This document shows, in pieces, positions 42,307 through 51,689 of a DNA stretch of 64,000 bases. The notes under the pieces were generated by a model. It was given only the letters and a program-made list of their open reading frames with translations. It had not been told where the DNA came from and searched no databases. The stretch comes from Alkalispirochaeta sp. (GTDB taxonomy: Bacteria > Spirochaetota > Spirochaetia > DSM-27196 > Alkalispirochaetaceae): NCBI GenBank assembly GCA_965242725.1, contig CBDESZ010000016.1, positions 32,001 through 96,000 on the forward strand, in the 5' to 3' direction. The translations under genes and the position numbers were made by a program. Position 1 is the stretch's first letter, and every line of letters starts with the position of its first letter.

Positions 42307-43242
42307 TCACAAATCGCACCCATCGCATCCGATACTGCCCGATTCAAGCTCGATCGTCGCGTGGTCCACACCCAAGTTCTTCAGGGCGTCCCGGATTGAA
42401 TCCTTCAGCGGCTCGAGACTGTCAAGTGTCGCGGTGCCGTCGCTTACCACATGGAGCGTGACCAGGGTATAGCTCCCGTCCAGCGTCCAGAGGTGGACGT
42501 CGTGGACCTCCTCCACGCCGGGGATCGTTTCCACGGCGTCGTGGACGGTTTCGACCGAAATCTCCCGGGGAACGTACTGGAGGAGAACGCGCAGCGCCCG
42601 CATGAGGATCGGCACCGCCCGGGTCAGGACAAAGAGGTTGATGGCGACCGAGAGCAACGGGTCGATGATGAAAATCCCCCAGAACCTGATCGCCAGGGCG
42701 CCTACCAATACCGCAATCCATCCGAGGACGTCTTCAAAGAGGTGGAGAAATGCCGCCCTGGCGTTCATTGATTCCGTCCGAGAGAGACGGAACGCCGCCA
42801 GTGCGTTCATCACGACCCCGAAGATCGCCAGCACCAGCATTCCCGTGGTGTCAACCGCCTCGGGATTGAGGAGTCGCGGCACTGTGTGAATCAGGACGGT
42901 GACGGCACCTACGATGAGGATCAGTCCGGTGATCAACGCGCCGAGGGTGGAGAAGCGGCGATACCCGAATGTCAGGTTTTCCGACCGTTTGCGGCCGGAG
43001 ACCTTCTCGAGGACGAGGGCCACCGCGAGGGTCACCGAGTCGCCCAGGTCGTGCACGGCGTCGGCGATGATGGCGACGCTGTTGGTGAGCAGCCCTCCCA
43101 CCAGCTCGATAACGGTGAAGAGGACGTTTATGGCCAGGGCGATCCGCAGGTCTCCGACGACGGCGTGGTTGTGCGCCTCCCCGGGCCCGTGTTCATGGTG
43201 GTCGTGGTGGCTGTGGTCGTGTTCTTCGTGGTGGTTACTCAT
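42307..43242 (-). CDS. CDF family Zn/Co/Cd efflux transporter
   Basis: His-rich N-terminus; ADAVHDLGD, HLFED, HDVHLW. Confidence 0.9.
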   Translation of the reverse strand: MSNHHEEHDHSHHDHHEHGPGEAHNHAVVGDLRIALAINVLFTVIELVGGLLTNSVAIIADAVHDLGDSVTLAVALVLEKVSGRKRSENLTFGYRRFSTLGALITGLILIVGAVTVLIHTVPRLLNPEAVDTTGMLVLAIFGVVMNALAAFRLSRTESMNARAAFLHLFEDVLGWIAVLVGALAIRFWGIFIIDPLLSVAINLFVLTRAVPILMRALRVLLQYVPREISVETVHDAVETIPGVEEVHDVHLWTLDGSYTLVTLHVVSDGTATLDSLEPLKDSIRDALKNLGVDHATIELESGSIGCDGCDL

Positions 43243-44113
43243 ATCTGTGCAAATCCCGTTCCATTTCGTACTGGGAGACAAAGCGCTCAAAGCCGAGCTC
43301 CTTCAGCGCCGTCTCCATCTCCGTGCACGACGCCGGCAGGTTGATGACTTTCAGTTCATCTCCGGCAACGATCTCTTCCGCGTGGGTGACCACCGCCCGG
43401 AGCGCGTCGATGTCGGTACCGGCGATCTGCATGAGGCTTCCCGTGTCCACGGCGACAGCGGCCCACGCCCGAGTACACCCTTCACCGGGCACTTTCACGA
43501 GGCGACACGCTGCGCCGAGTGCCTCAATCGCCTCGGCGCTGTTCTGCCACGAGGGCCGACATCCCGGGACCAGCGAGTAACGTTCCCGCCACCCCCGCTC
43601 AACGGCGATATCGACGGCACCGCCGTCCTTCCAATCGCCGTCTTTCCTATCGTCGCCGTCCATCGTATCGCGGACGACCGTCTTTCGAAAACAGTTGAGC
43701 TCCCTGGTCACCTCAAACCCGTGGCGACGGTAGAGCGCCACGGCGCGGTCGTTGCCCTGCAGCACTTCAAGGAGGTACCGCTGGTAGCCGAGGTCCCGCA
43801 GCCGGTCCACCGTCTTCGTCAGCAGCTCGGCACCGTACCCTCTGCCCTGATATCGCTGCCGTATTCCCGTCCCGGCATCATACGCGGTCAATACGCCGTC
43901 CAAACGGCGCGATCCGGTGAGGACAAATCCGGCAAGAACGTCGCCGTCAAAGAGCCCGAAGGAGTGGTCCAGGCGGACGGACCGCTCCCGGATCATCCGG
44001 TCCAGCTTCGCTTCGGTCATGTCCACGGATATCTGGTATTCCGAGAATGCGTCGTTGAATGTGTCGGTAATGACGGCGCGGGTGACGCCGTCGAGGGTTT
44101 TGAATTCGGTCAT
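43235..44113 (-). CDS. GNAT acetyltransferase
   Basis: YQGRGYG; LEVLQGNDRAVALYRRHGF. Confidence 0.85.
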   Translation of the reverse strand: MTEFKTLDGVTRAVITDTFNDAFSEYQISVDMTEAKLDRMIRERSVRLDHSFGLFDGDVLAGFVLTGSRRLDGVLTAYDAGTGIRQRYQGRGYGAELLTKTVDRLRDLGYQRYLLEVLQGNDRAVALYRRHGFEVTRELNCFRKTVVRDTMDGDDRKDGDWKDGGAVDIAVERGWRERYSLVPGCRPSWQNSAEAIEALGAACRLVKVPGEGCTRAWAAVAVDTGSLMQIAGTDIDALRAVVTHAEEIVAGDELKVINLPASCTEMETALKELGFERFVSQYEMERDLHRYE

Positions 44114-44156
44114 TTACTGTGAAAGCTCGCCGGCCGAGCAAGGGGCCGACCGCCCC

Positions 44157-44993
44157 TCAGTACGCGCCGTCCGTCGCCTCGCCGCGGACGAGCTTCACCC
44201 CGGAGCTCGTGCCGAGGCGGGTGGCGCCTGCGCGAATCATCGCCACCGCGTCGTCAAAGGAGCGGACGCCGCCGGCGGCCTTCACCGAGGTGTTCTTGCC
44301 CACGGACTGTCGCATGAGTTGCACGTCCCTGACGGTGGCGCCGTGGTGGGAGAAGCCGGTGGAGGTCTTTACAAAGTCAACGCCCACCTTCTCGGCGATG
44401 CGGCAGGCGAGGATTTTCTCCTCGTCCGTGAGAAGCGCCGTTTCGATGATCACCTTGAGAACGACGTTGCGGCCGCACGCCCGCCGTACCCAGCGGATGT
44501 CGGATTCCACCGTTTCCAGGTCGCGGGAACGGAGCGCCCCCACGTTGATGACCATGTCGATTTCACGGGCGCCGTCCTCCACCGCGTGGCGGGCCTCAAA
44601 GTTCTTTGCCCGTCCCGCCATCGCACCGAGGGGGAAGCCGACGACGGCGCAGACCTTCACGTCGGAACCCTGAAGGCGCTTTGCGCAGTGGCGCACCCAT
44701 GAGCTGTTGACGCAGACCGAGTAGAATCCGTACTCCTTCGCCTCGTCGCAGAGCGTGTTGAACTGCTCCACCGTCGCTTCCGGCTTGAGCAGGGTATGGT
44801 CGATGTATTTTGCCAGGTCTTTCGGGAGGATCACCGGCTCGTCGGCGGTCCCTGACGCGCCCGCTCCCGCCGCGTCTTTGCCCGACCCGGCGGCGCCCGC
44901 GGCTCCCGCGGCTCCCGCGCCCGATGCCGTCTCTTTGTTGAGCCGGGCGAGTACCTCTTCCGTTATTTGCTGTATCAGTTTGTCTTCGTTCAT
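44157..44993 (-). CDS. deoC: deoxyribose-phosphate aldolase with N-terminal encapsulation peptide
   Basis: IDHTLLKP, VVGFPLG, FVKTSTGF, RLGTSSG; N-terminus LIQQITEEVLARL plus Ala/Gly linker. Confidence 0.93.
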   Translation of the reverse strand: MNEDKLIQQITEEVLARLNKETASGAGAAGAAGAAGSGKDAAGAGASGTADEPVILPKDLAKYIDHTLLKPEATVEQFNTLCDEAKEYGFYSVCVNSSWVRHCAKRLQGSDVKVCAVVGFPLGAMAGRAKNFEARHAVEDGAREIDMVINVGALRSRDLETVESDIRWVRRACGRNVVLKVIIETALLTDEEKILACRIAEKVGVDFVKTSTGFSHHGATVRDVQLMRQSVGKNTSVKAAGGVRSFDDAVAMIRAGATRLGTSSGVKLVRGEATDGAY

Positions 44994-45025
44994 TTTCGTT
45001 ACCTCATTCCGCAGACCAACCGCGG

Positions 45026-45535
45026 TCAGCGGCGGCGCTCCACGGCCATCATCTTGTTTATTCGTCGCCAGTGTCTTCCCCCTGCAAATCGCGTCTTCAG
45101 CCACGTTTCGGCCATGGCACACAACTCGTCGACGCTGTGAAGCGGTCCGCCCAGAGTAAGGACGTTTGCGTTGTTGTGTTCCCGGGAGTTTACGACCGTC
45201 TTCATATCATAACAGAGGGCGGCGCGAATACCTCGCACCTTGTTGCAGACCATTGAAGATCCGATTCCCGCGCCGTCGATCATGATGCCCCGGTCACACT
45301 GCTCACGGGCGACGGCCTGGGCGACCTTGAGAGCAAAGTCAGGGTAATCCACGCTCTCGGTGGAATAGGTTCCCACGTCAAGGATTTCATATCCAGCCAG
45401 TTCCAGCACACCCTTCAGCGCCTCCTTGGCGGCAAAGCCGCCGTGGTCCGCGCCGAGGGCCACGCGCTTTACGTTGTCCCGCTGATTGGTCTCTTTCATC
45501 GAATCTTCATCGTAGACCGGACCGGTGGTCTTCAT
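45026..45535 (-). CDS. rpiB: ribose-5-phosphate isomerase B
   Basis: GADHGG, VDYPD, GAGIGS, REHNNANVL. Confidence 0.9.
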   Translation of the reverse strand: MKTTGPVYDEDSMKETNQRDNVKRVALGADHGGFAAKEALKGVLELAGYEILDVGTYSTESVDYPDFALKVAQAVAREQCDRGIMIDGAGIGSSMVCNKVRGIRAALCYDMKTVVNSREHNNANVLTLGGPLHSVDELCAMAETWLKTRFAGGRHWRRINKMMAVERRR

Positions 45536-45819
45536 CGCGTTTCTCCCGTATTTGAAAGTTCCACTGCATCCACGATTCCCACGACGACGGTCCGCACCGG
45601 CGCCGATGTGTCCTGCAGCATGAGGCGGGCGGCGTTGCCTTCGTCACAGACGAGGACGATGTCTCCCTGTCCCGCCTGGGCGAGGTCGATCGCCACGACG
45701 CACGATCCGGCGCGGGTGAGTTCCCCCGTCACCGGCTCCACAATGAGAAGCTTGTGGCCCCGGAGGATTTCATGTTTTCGCGTCGAGGTGACGTCTCCCA
45801 CAACTCGTCCGAGGATCAT
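45532..45819 (-). CDS. BMC vertex pentamer (EutN/CcmL)
   Basis: GRVVGDVTSTRKH; D..AGQGDIVL. Confidence 0.9.
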   Translation of the reverse strand: MILGRVVGDVTSTRKHEILRGHKLLIVEPVTGELTRAGSCVVAIDLAQAGQGDIVLVCDEGNAARLMLQDTSAPVRTVVVGIVDAVELSNTGETR

Positions 45820-46103
45820 CGTTTACCCTCCGAACCGTCGGCGACGTGGAGGTCGTCCACGATCGCCAATATCGATGCGTCCGAGGGATTGAAGGTGTGG
45901 CGCAATGCCATTGCCGCTTCCCGTCCGCCTTCGTAGAGGACGGTGTCTCCCGGACCGGCCTGAACGGTGTCGCACGCGACGAGGGGCGTCCCTTTCGGCG
46001 CACCATGTTCGTCCAGAGGCTGCACGAGGAGTAAGGTCACTCCCGAGAGCGATTCAACCCGGCGGTCGCACACAACCGATCCGATGACTCTGCCGATTTT
46101 CAT
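45816..46103 (-). CDS. BMC vertex pentamer (EutN/CcmL)
   Basis: GRVIGSVV; DTVQAGPGD; DASILAIVD. Confidence 0.9.
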   Translation of the reverse strand: MKIGRVIGSVVCDRRVESLSGVTLLLVQPLDEHGAPKGTPLVACDTVQAGPGDTVLYEGGREAAMALRHTFNPSDASILAIVDDLHVADGSEGKR

Positions 46104-46143
46104 GATTTGCCGCCTCGCATGCTCGTCAATCCCATGACACCCA

Positions 46144-47562
46144 TCACACAATCCGGAAGTATCCGACAAGGGTACACCGCCGCTCACGGGTAAAGGTCCG
46201 CGGCCGGGTAAAACCCTCTCCGGTGGGGCTGGCGATCGTATAGGAGGTGTACCCCGCGCCGCCCTCGGCCATGCCGTTAAAGTTCGATCCGTTCTTCACA
46301 AAGAGGGAACAGTTCATCACCTTCGCCATGCGCGAGAGGTTGTCGATGTTCTTTGAGTGAATGCTCGCGGTGTGACGAAATCCGTGCTCGCACTGCACGG
46401 CGTAATCGATCGCCTCGTCGGCGTTGCGGAATCGCGCGATGGGGAGCACCGGCATGAGCTGTTCCGTCCAGATAAGGGGATGTCCCCTGTCCACCTCCGC
46501 AAGGAGGAGGCGCGTCTCCGGCGGTACGGTGAGGGACAGGACCTTGTCCGCAATGTAGGCGGCGTCCTTTCCGACATACGCCTTGTTTGCCATGCCCTCG
46601 TGGCCTTTCCGCCCGGGGTCGGCGATGATGACCTTCGTAAGACGTTCGATCTGGTCGGCGTTGAGCTCGTACGCGCCGTGGCGGACCATCTCCCGCTTCA
46701 GTTCGTCGGCGATGGAATCCACCGCGAGCACCTCTTTTTCATCGATACAGATGATGTTGTTGTCCAGGGAGGCGCCGGCGACGATGTCCCGCGCCGCCTT
46801 TTGAATGTCCGCCGTCTCGTCCACCACCGCCGGCGGGTTGCCCGGTCCCGCGGCGATCACCTTCTTGTGGGTACTCATGGCGGCGCGGACGACGCCGGGA
46901 CCGCCGGTCACCACGAGCATGGCGATTGTCGGATGCTCCATCATCTGTCCCGCCGAGGCGATCGTCGGCTCCTCGATCATGGTGAGGACGTTGGCCGGTC
47001 CTCCGGCGCGCTGGATCGCGTCGTTCAGCAGCGAAACCGTCAGGGCGGAGACCTTCTTTGCCGCGGGATGGGGGTTGAAGACGACGGTATTTCCCGCCGC
47101 CACCATGCCGATGGCGTTGCAAATGATCGTCTCCGTGGGGTTGGTACTCGGTGAAATGGCGCCGATCACGCCGTAGGGCGCCCGCTCGGTCATGGTCAGG
47201 CCGTTGTCGTCGGTGTACGCCTCGGGACGCAAATCCTCAACGCCCGGCGTCATCGTCGCGGCGAGGCGGTTCTTTACCACCTTGTCCTCGACGCGGCCCA
47301 TTCCCGTCTCCTCAACGGCGAGACGGGACAACCGTTCCAGATTCTGCTTTATCGCGGCGCGCATCTCTCCGATCATCCGGTCCCGGACGCTCAGGGGCGT
47401 TTCTGCGAGGGCCCGGAACGCCTCGTCCGCGGAGTAGACTGCGGCGTATATGTCGTCGAAAATCCCGCTGAAGGGCGCACCGCTGTGCTCGGCGGCGCCT
47501 TCCCGCGGGAGTCCCCGCAACACCTCTTTCACGATATTCATGATCTGCTCTTTATCAGACAT
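46144..47562 (-). CDS. eutE: CoA-acylating aldehyde dehydrogenase (EutE/PduP type) with encapsulation peptide
   Basis: PSTNP, GPGNPP, NIICIDEKE, TIASPTGEG; N-terminus EQIMNIVKEVLRGL. Confidence 0.9.
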   Translation of the reverse strand: MSDKEQIMNIVKEVLRGLPREGAAEHSGAPFSGIFDDIYAAVYSADEAFRALAETPLSVRDRMIGEMRAAIKQNLERLSRLAVEETGMGRVEDKVVKNRLAATMTPGVEDLRPEAYTDDNGLTMTERAPYGVIGAISPSTNPTETIICNAIGMVAAGNTVVFNPHPAAKKVSALTVSLLNDAIQRAGGPANVLTMIEEPTIASAGQMMEHPTIAMLVVTGGPGVVRAAMSTHKKVIAAGPGNPPAVVDETADIQKAARDIVAGASLDNNIICIDEKEVLAVDSIADELKREMVRHGAYELNADQIERLTKVIIADPGRKGHEGMANKAYVGKDAAYIADKVLSLTVPPETRLLLAEVDRGHPLIWTEQLMPVLPIARFRNADEAIDYAVQCEHGFRHTASIHSKNIDNLSRMAKVMNCSLFVKNGSNFNGMAEGGAGYTSYTIASPTGEGFTRPRTFTRERRCTLVGYFRIV

Positions 47563-47565
47563 ACA

Positions 47566-48147
47566 TCACTTCCCTGTTTCCGCCACGTAGCGATAAAGCT
47601 CTTCCGAAAGGCGGGGAACGATCGTCCAGTGCAGAAGCAGTCCCCGGTCTTCCAGAACGGTACGCGCCCGATCGACGGCGTATTGAACTTCACCCACCGC
47701 CCCGACAAGGCGAACCGAGGCACGGCCGCCCATGGAGTCGTCGATTCTCACCGTCACGACCTGGACATCGGCGCTTTTTGCCGTCAGATCGGCGCAGGAA
47801 ATGCCCGCCGCCACCGTGGAGGTTTCGAGAATCCCCAGCGCTTCCCAGTCATCCCGCATAGCGTCACCCGGCCGCGCGCCACCTTCCAGCGCGACCATGA
47901 CGCGGGGATGGAGATTCGGCAGGTAGAGGTGATCCACCAGGAATCCCTCGCTCACCAGAACCGACGCCTTCAGCGCCGCCTCGACGGACGCCTCGTCCCC
48001 GGTAATGAGGATCACCAGCTTACCCGGATTGATCGTACGTACGTCGACGACGCGGACCGGCGCGGCCTTGACCATCGCGTCCAGCGCCTTCAGGCCGGCA
48101 GCAGTGTTGCCATATTCGTGCAGGCCCAGAACTTCCACCGTCTTCAC
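47566..48147 (-). CDS. BMC-T tandem-domain shell protein (PduT-like)
   Basis: G..ALDAMVKAA, PGKLVILITGD..SV; second BMC domain. Confidence 0.85.
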   Translation of the reverse strand: MKTVEVLGLHEYGNTAAGLKALDAMVKAAPVRVVDVRTINPGKLVILITGDEASVEAALKASVLVSEGFLVDHLYLPNLHPRVMVALEGGARPGDAMRDDWEALGILETSTVAAGISCADLTAKSADVQVVTVRIDDSMGGRASVRLVGAVGEVQYAVDRARTVLEDRGLLLHWTIVPRLSEELYRYVAETGK

Positions 48148-48494
48148 CGGTCACTCCCCGCGGCGGATTTTCGGTACCCCATCGTGCCGGTGGCGCCCGC
48201 TTCCGCCTGAGCAACTTCATCCACCTCATCGACGATACCGACGATGAGGGCGTCCACGGCGGCGCCGTTGGTCTGGGGAATCTGGCGACACGACGAGCCC
48301 TGCGCCACGATCACCACCTCACCGCGGTCCGCGCCGAGGGGGTCGAGGGCGACGATGGAATCGGACGCCTTGTCCCGGGACGTCTTGTCGCCGGAGGCGC
48401 TCCAGGGACGGACGAGAAGATACCGCGGCATGGCCTCTACCCTGCCGGCGTCCTGAGAGGCGACGACGGTGCCGCAGACGGTGCAAATCGTCAT
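48144..48494 (-). CDS. BMC vertex pentamer (EutN/CcmL)
   Basis: VCGTVVAS; DPLGA; QGSSCR; DALIVGIVD. Confidence 0.88.
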   Translation of the reverse strand: MTICTVCGTVVASQDAGRVEAMPRYLLVRPWSASGDKTSRDKASDSIVALDPLGADRGEVVIVAQGSSCRQIPQTNGAAVDALIVGIVDEVDEVAQAEAGATGTMGYRKSAAGSDR

Positions 48495-48496
48495 CG

Positions 48497-48799
48497 CTAC
48501 GCCTGTTCCTTGTTGTAAACGGTCTTGCCGTCGAGATCGACAAGATCCACGATGGCGGTGATCGTCGCGTCGCTCGGTTTGCCGTCAGTAACCTTGGTCA
48601 TGCGGGAGCTTGAGCCCGCCACGTACATGACGATCTCCCCCACTCCCGCACCGACGGCGTCCATGGCGACGACGGTGTCGCCGCCGCGGATCTTCTTCCC
48701 GGAAAAGGAAATCTTCTCCACCAGCAGGAGCTTGATTCCCTCCATGCGCGCTTCCTTGCGGCTGGAAACGACCGTGCCGACCACCCTTCCGAGAACCAT
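48497..48799 (-). CDS. BMC vertex pentamer (EutN/CcmL)
   Basis: [26 protein letters not shown]. Confidence 0.9.
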   Translation of the reverse strand: MVLGRVVGTVVSSRKEARMEGIKLLLVEKISFSGKKIRGGDTVVAMDAVGAGVGEIVMYVAGSSSRMTKVTDGKPSDATITAIVDLVDLDGKTVYNKEQA

Positions 48800-48803
48800 G
48801 GCG

Positions 48804-49442
48804 CTACTCCTTCGCGCCGGACATCTCCCGACCCTGGAGGTCGGCGAGACGGGACTCGACGATATCCTTGCTCACCAGCACTTCCGCCTCGTCACCGGCG
48901 ATATAGACGCGGCCGAAACTTCCGAATCCGGTAACGTTGATAATATTGATTCGGGACGCCTTTTCCGCCTCGTTGGCGGCGTAGTAGGCGTACCCCGCCG
49001 GCTGGATTTCAAGGACGTAGAGGGTATCGCCGCGGAGGACCATGTTGCCGTATCGAACCTTGTTGATCATTTGCGCGTGGTGGTCGGAGACGTTCTTAAT
49101 GAGCTGACTCGTCTTGATCGTCGGTTTCATCCGGTCCGCTTCGGTGAGCTCAAGGGCGTCCAGGACGGCGGCGCCGGCCTGACGCGCCTCCGCCTGCTGG
49201 TCCGAGTGGACCTCCAGAAGGCCGAAGAGGCGTTCAACAATCTGGATGCCCGGTTTGACGTCCGTCGCCTTGAGGGCGATGTCGGTAAGCCTGTTGATTT
49301 CGATCCCCGGGGAGATTTCGATTATGGAACACGCCTGCCCCGCGACGGGAAAGTACCCCTTGGACACCGTCGCCAGATATGACGCCATTTGCAGCTGCAG
49401 GGAATCGAGAAATACGTATGTGCGAAGTTCTATTGCGTTCAT
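48804..49442 (-). CDS. BMC-T double-stacking permuted trimer (BMC-Tdp)
   Basis: [36 protein letters not shown]. Confidence 0.88.
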   Translation of the reverse strand: MNAIELRTYVFLDSLQLQMASYLATVSKGYFPVAGQACSIIEISPGIEINRLTDIALKATDVKPGIQIVERLFGLLEVHSDQQAEARQAGAAVLDALELTEADRMKPTIKTSQLIKNVSDHHAQMINKVRYGNMVLRGDTLYVLEIQPAGYAYYAANEAEKASRINIINVTGFGSFGRVYIAGDEAEVLVSKDIVESRLADLQGREMSGAKE

Positions 49443-49454
49443 GGAACGCTCCGC

Positions 49455-49748
49455 CTATTCCGCGTTTCCGAGGGGAAGAACCTCGTCGACGTTTGCGTGG
49501 GGACGGGGAATGAGATGGACCGAAATGACTTCTCCCACCTGCTCCGCCGCGCGCGATCCGGCGTCCAGGGCTGCCCGTACGGCGGCGACGTCGCCTCTGA
49601 TCACCGCCGTCACATAGCCACCGCCGGTCTTTTCATAGTGCTTCAGTTCCACCCGCGCCGCCTTGACCATCGCGTCGGACGCCTCAACCATCGCCGCAAA
49701 GCCTCTGCACTCGATCATACCCAGTGCGTTTCCGTTGACCTCTGCCAT
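49455..49748 (-). CDS. BMC-H hexamer shell protein (EutM/PduA-like)
   Basis: ALGMIE, ASDAMVKAA, RGDVAAV, HLIPRPH. Confidence 0.93.
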   Translation of the reverse strand: MAEVNGNALGMIECRGFAAMVEASDAMVKAARVELKHYEKTGGGYVTAVIRGDVAAVRAALDAGSRAAEQVGEVISVHLIPRPHANVDEVLPLGNAE

Positions 49749-49827
49749 CTCATCCTCCTCATGACTGCCCCGCCGGTCTCCGTCGACGACGAACACGCCC
49801 GGCGATTGGTATATTTGTATCAAAAGT

Positions 49828-49862
49828 TGTTTCGATTATAACACCGCAATCCGTCCTGTCAA
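49828..49862 (-). promoter_or_regulatory. sigma70 promoter of the BMC operon with overlapping DeoR-like operator
   Basis: TTGACA (49862-49857), N16, TATAAT (49840-49835); TGTTTCGATTATAACA at 49828-49843. Confidence 0.75.
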
Positions 49863-49940
49863 TAACAGTGTGCGCCTGATTGGGACGGGGGTCAATGAAA
49901 AAGCGGGATACGCCGGCGGCGGCGGCCTGTCGGGCGCCAG

Positions 49941-50720
49941 TCAGGCGAGGATCAGCTCCACTCCGAGGTCCCGGATCTTCTTCTGATCCTCCCCGGAGAG
50001 GCCGGTGTCGGTAATGATCGTATCAAAGTCGGAGAGCTCCGCAAAAAAGGACTGAAAGACGCGGCCGAACTTTGAAGAGTCTGCAAGGAGGATGCGCTCT
50101 TCCGCGGTGGCCATGATCGCCTGTTTGGTACGCCCCTCCACGGTGAGGGATGTCACACCCAGCTGATGGTGCACCCCCGCCGCGGCGACAAAGGACTTGT
50201 TTGCGCGGTTGCGCCTGATGAGCTCGATCCCCTCGGCGCTCTCAAAGAGCATCGTCTCGGGGTGGTAGTAGCCCCCGGCAAAGACGAGCCGGGCATTTTT
50301 CAGCTTGGAGACGTGGAGCAGGATGTTGAGGTTGTAACAGAGAATGGTGACGGGGAGTGTCGGGGGTATGGCCCGGGCGAGGCACTCCGTCGTGGAACCG
50401 GTGTCGATAATGATCGTATCGTCCGGCTCGATCATCGCCGCGGCGCGGCGGCCGATACGATCTTTCTCTTCAGTATGCCGGGAACCGGCGGCGATGAGTG
50501 AATATTCCAGGGGGTGATCCTCGCCCTCCGGTGAGGTACTCCCGTTATAGAGGACGCCGCCGTGAAAGACGCGTACCGCTCCGCGGTCTTCCAGGACGGC
50601 AAGGTCGCGACGGATCGTCATGGTGGATACGTCGAAGTGTTCCGCCAGCTCATGGATCGTCGAGGTGTTGTAGATCCTGAGGTATTTGACGATATCGCTG
50701 ACTCTGTCTGCCCGTTTCAC
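49941..50720 (-). CDS. deoR: DeoR/GlpR family transcriptional regulator
   Basis: LAEHFDVSTMTIRRDL, DTGSTT, ADSSKF. Confidence 0.9.
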   Translation of the reverse strand: MKRADRVSDIVKYLRIYNTSTIHELAEHFDVSTMTIRRDLAVLEDRGAVRVFHGGVLYNGSTSPEGEDHPLEYSLIAAGSRHTEEKDRIGRRAAAMIEPDDTIIIDTGSTTECLARAIPPTLPVTILCYNLNILLHVSKLKNARLVFAGGYYHPETMLFESAEGIELIRRNRANKSFVAAAGVHHQLGVTSLTVEGRTKQAIMATAEERILLADSSKFGRVFQSFFAELSDFDTIITDTGLSGEDQKKIRDLGVELILA

Positions 50721-50729
50721 CGTTCCCCG

Positions 50730-51689
50730 TTACGTCCCTTCCTCCGTATGCAGCCAGCACGCCACGGTGTGTCCCTCTTCGGTGAGGACCGTCGGCGGAT
50801 AGTGGGCGTGACACTTGTCGGTGGCAAAGGGGCAGCGCGGCGCAAAGTGGCATCCCGGGGGCGGGTTTATGGGAGAGGGAACGTCACCTTCAATTGCCTT
50901 CACGCTCTTGCCACGGTCCTCCATCGCCGTGCTTGGAAATGCGCTGATCAGCGCCTGGGTGTAGGGATGGAGTGGTTTGTCCATGATCGTCCGCTTGGAC
51001 GCCGATTCCACGATGCGGCCCAGGTACATGACGATAATTCGGTCGCTCACAAATTCGACCACCGAAAGATCGTGGCTGATGAAGACGTAGGTGAGGTCCC
51101 GCTCCTCCTTCAGATCGAGGAGAAGATTGATGATCTGCGCCTGGATACTCACGTCAAGGGCGCTTACCGCCTCGTCAAGGACGATCAGTTCAGGGTCCAG
51201 CATGAGGGCCCGGGCGACGCCGATGCGCTGTTTCTGTCCGCCCGAGAACTGATGGGGATAGCGGTTCTTGTACTGCGTGTTGATGCCCGTCTCGGTGAGG
51301 ATCGCCTCCACCTTGCTGCGCCACTCCGCCCGGTCGCCGACGCCGTGAACACGAAGGGCCTGGCTGAGCAGGTCTTCCACCCGCTTCCGGGGGTTGAGGC
51401 TTGACGAGGGATCCTGGAATACCATCGCCGTGCGGCGTCGGAAATCCTTGAGTTCCTTCTTGTCCAGCGAAAAGGGATCGACGTCGTAAAAGGTGATCTC
51501 CCCCTCAACCTTCTCCTCAAGTCGCAGGAGTGTGCGCCCCAGGGTGGACTTGCCGCATCCCGATTCGCCGACGACACCGAGAACCTCGCCCTTCCGGACG
51601 GTGAAGCTCACGCCGTCGACGGCCTTTACTACCGAGTCTCCCACCTTGAAGTGGGTTTTCACGTTTTCTACTTTCAGAATCTCAGACAT
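50730..51689 (-). CDS. dppF: peptide ABC transporter ATPase
   Basis: GESGCGKST; FSGGQKQR; HPYTQAL. Confidence 0.88.
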   Translation of the reverse strand: MSEILKVENVKTHFKVGDSVVKAVDGVSFTVRKGEVLGVVGESGCGKSTLGRTLLRLEEKVEGEITFYDVDPFSLDKKELKDFRRRTAMVFQDPSSSLNPRKRVEDLLSQALRVHGVGDRAEWRSKVEAILTETGINTQYKNRYPHQFSGGQKQRIGVARALMLDPELIVLDEAVSALDVSIQAQIINLLLDLKEERDLTYVFISHDLSVVEFVSDRIIVMYLGRIVESASKRTIMDKPLHPYTQALISAFPSTAMEDRGKSVKAIEGDVPSPINPPPGCHFAPRCPFATDKCHAHYPPTVLTEEGHTVACWLHTEEGT

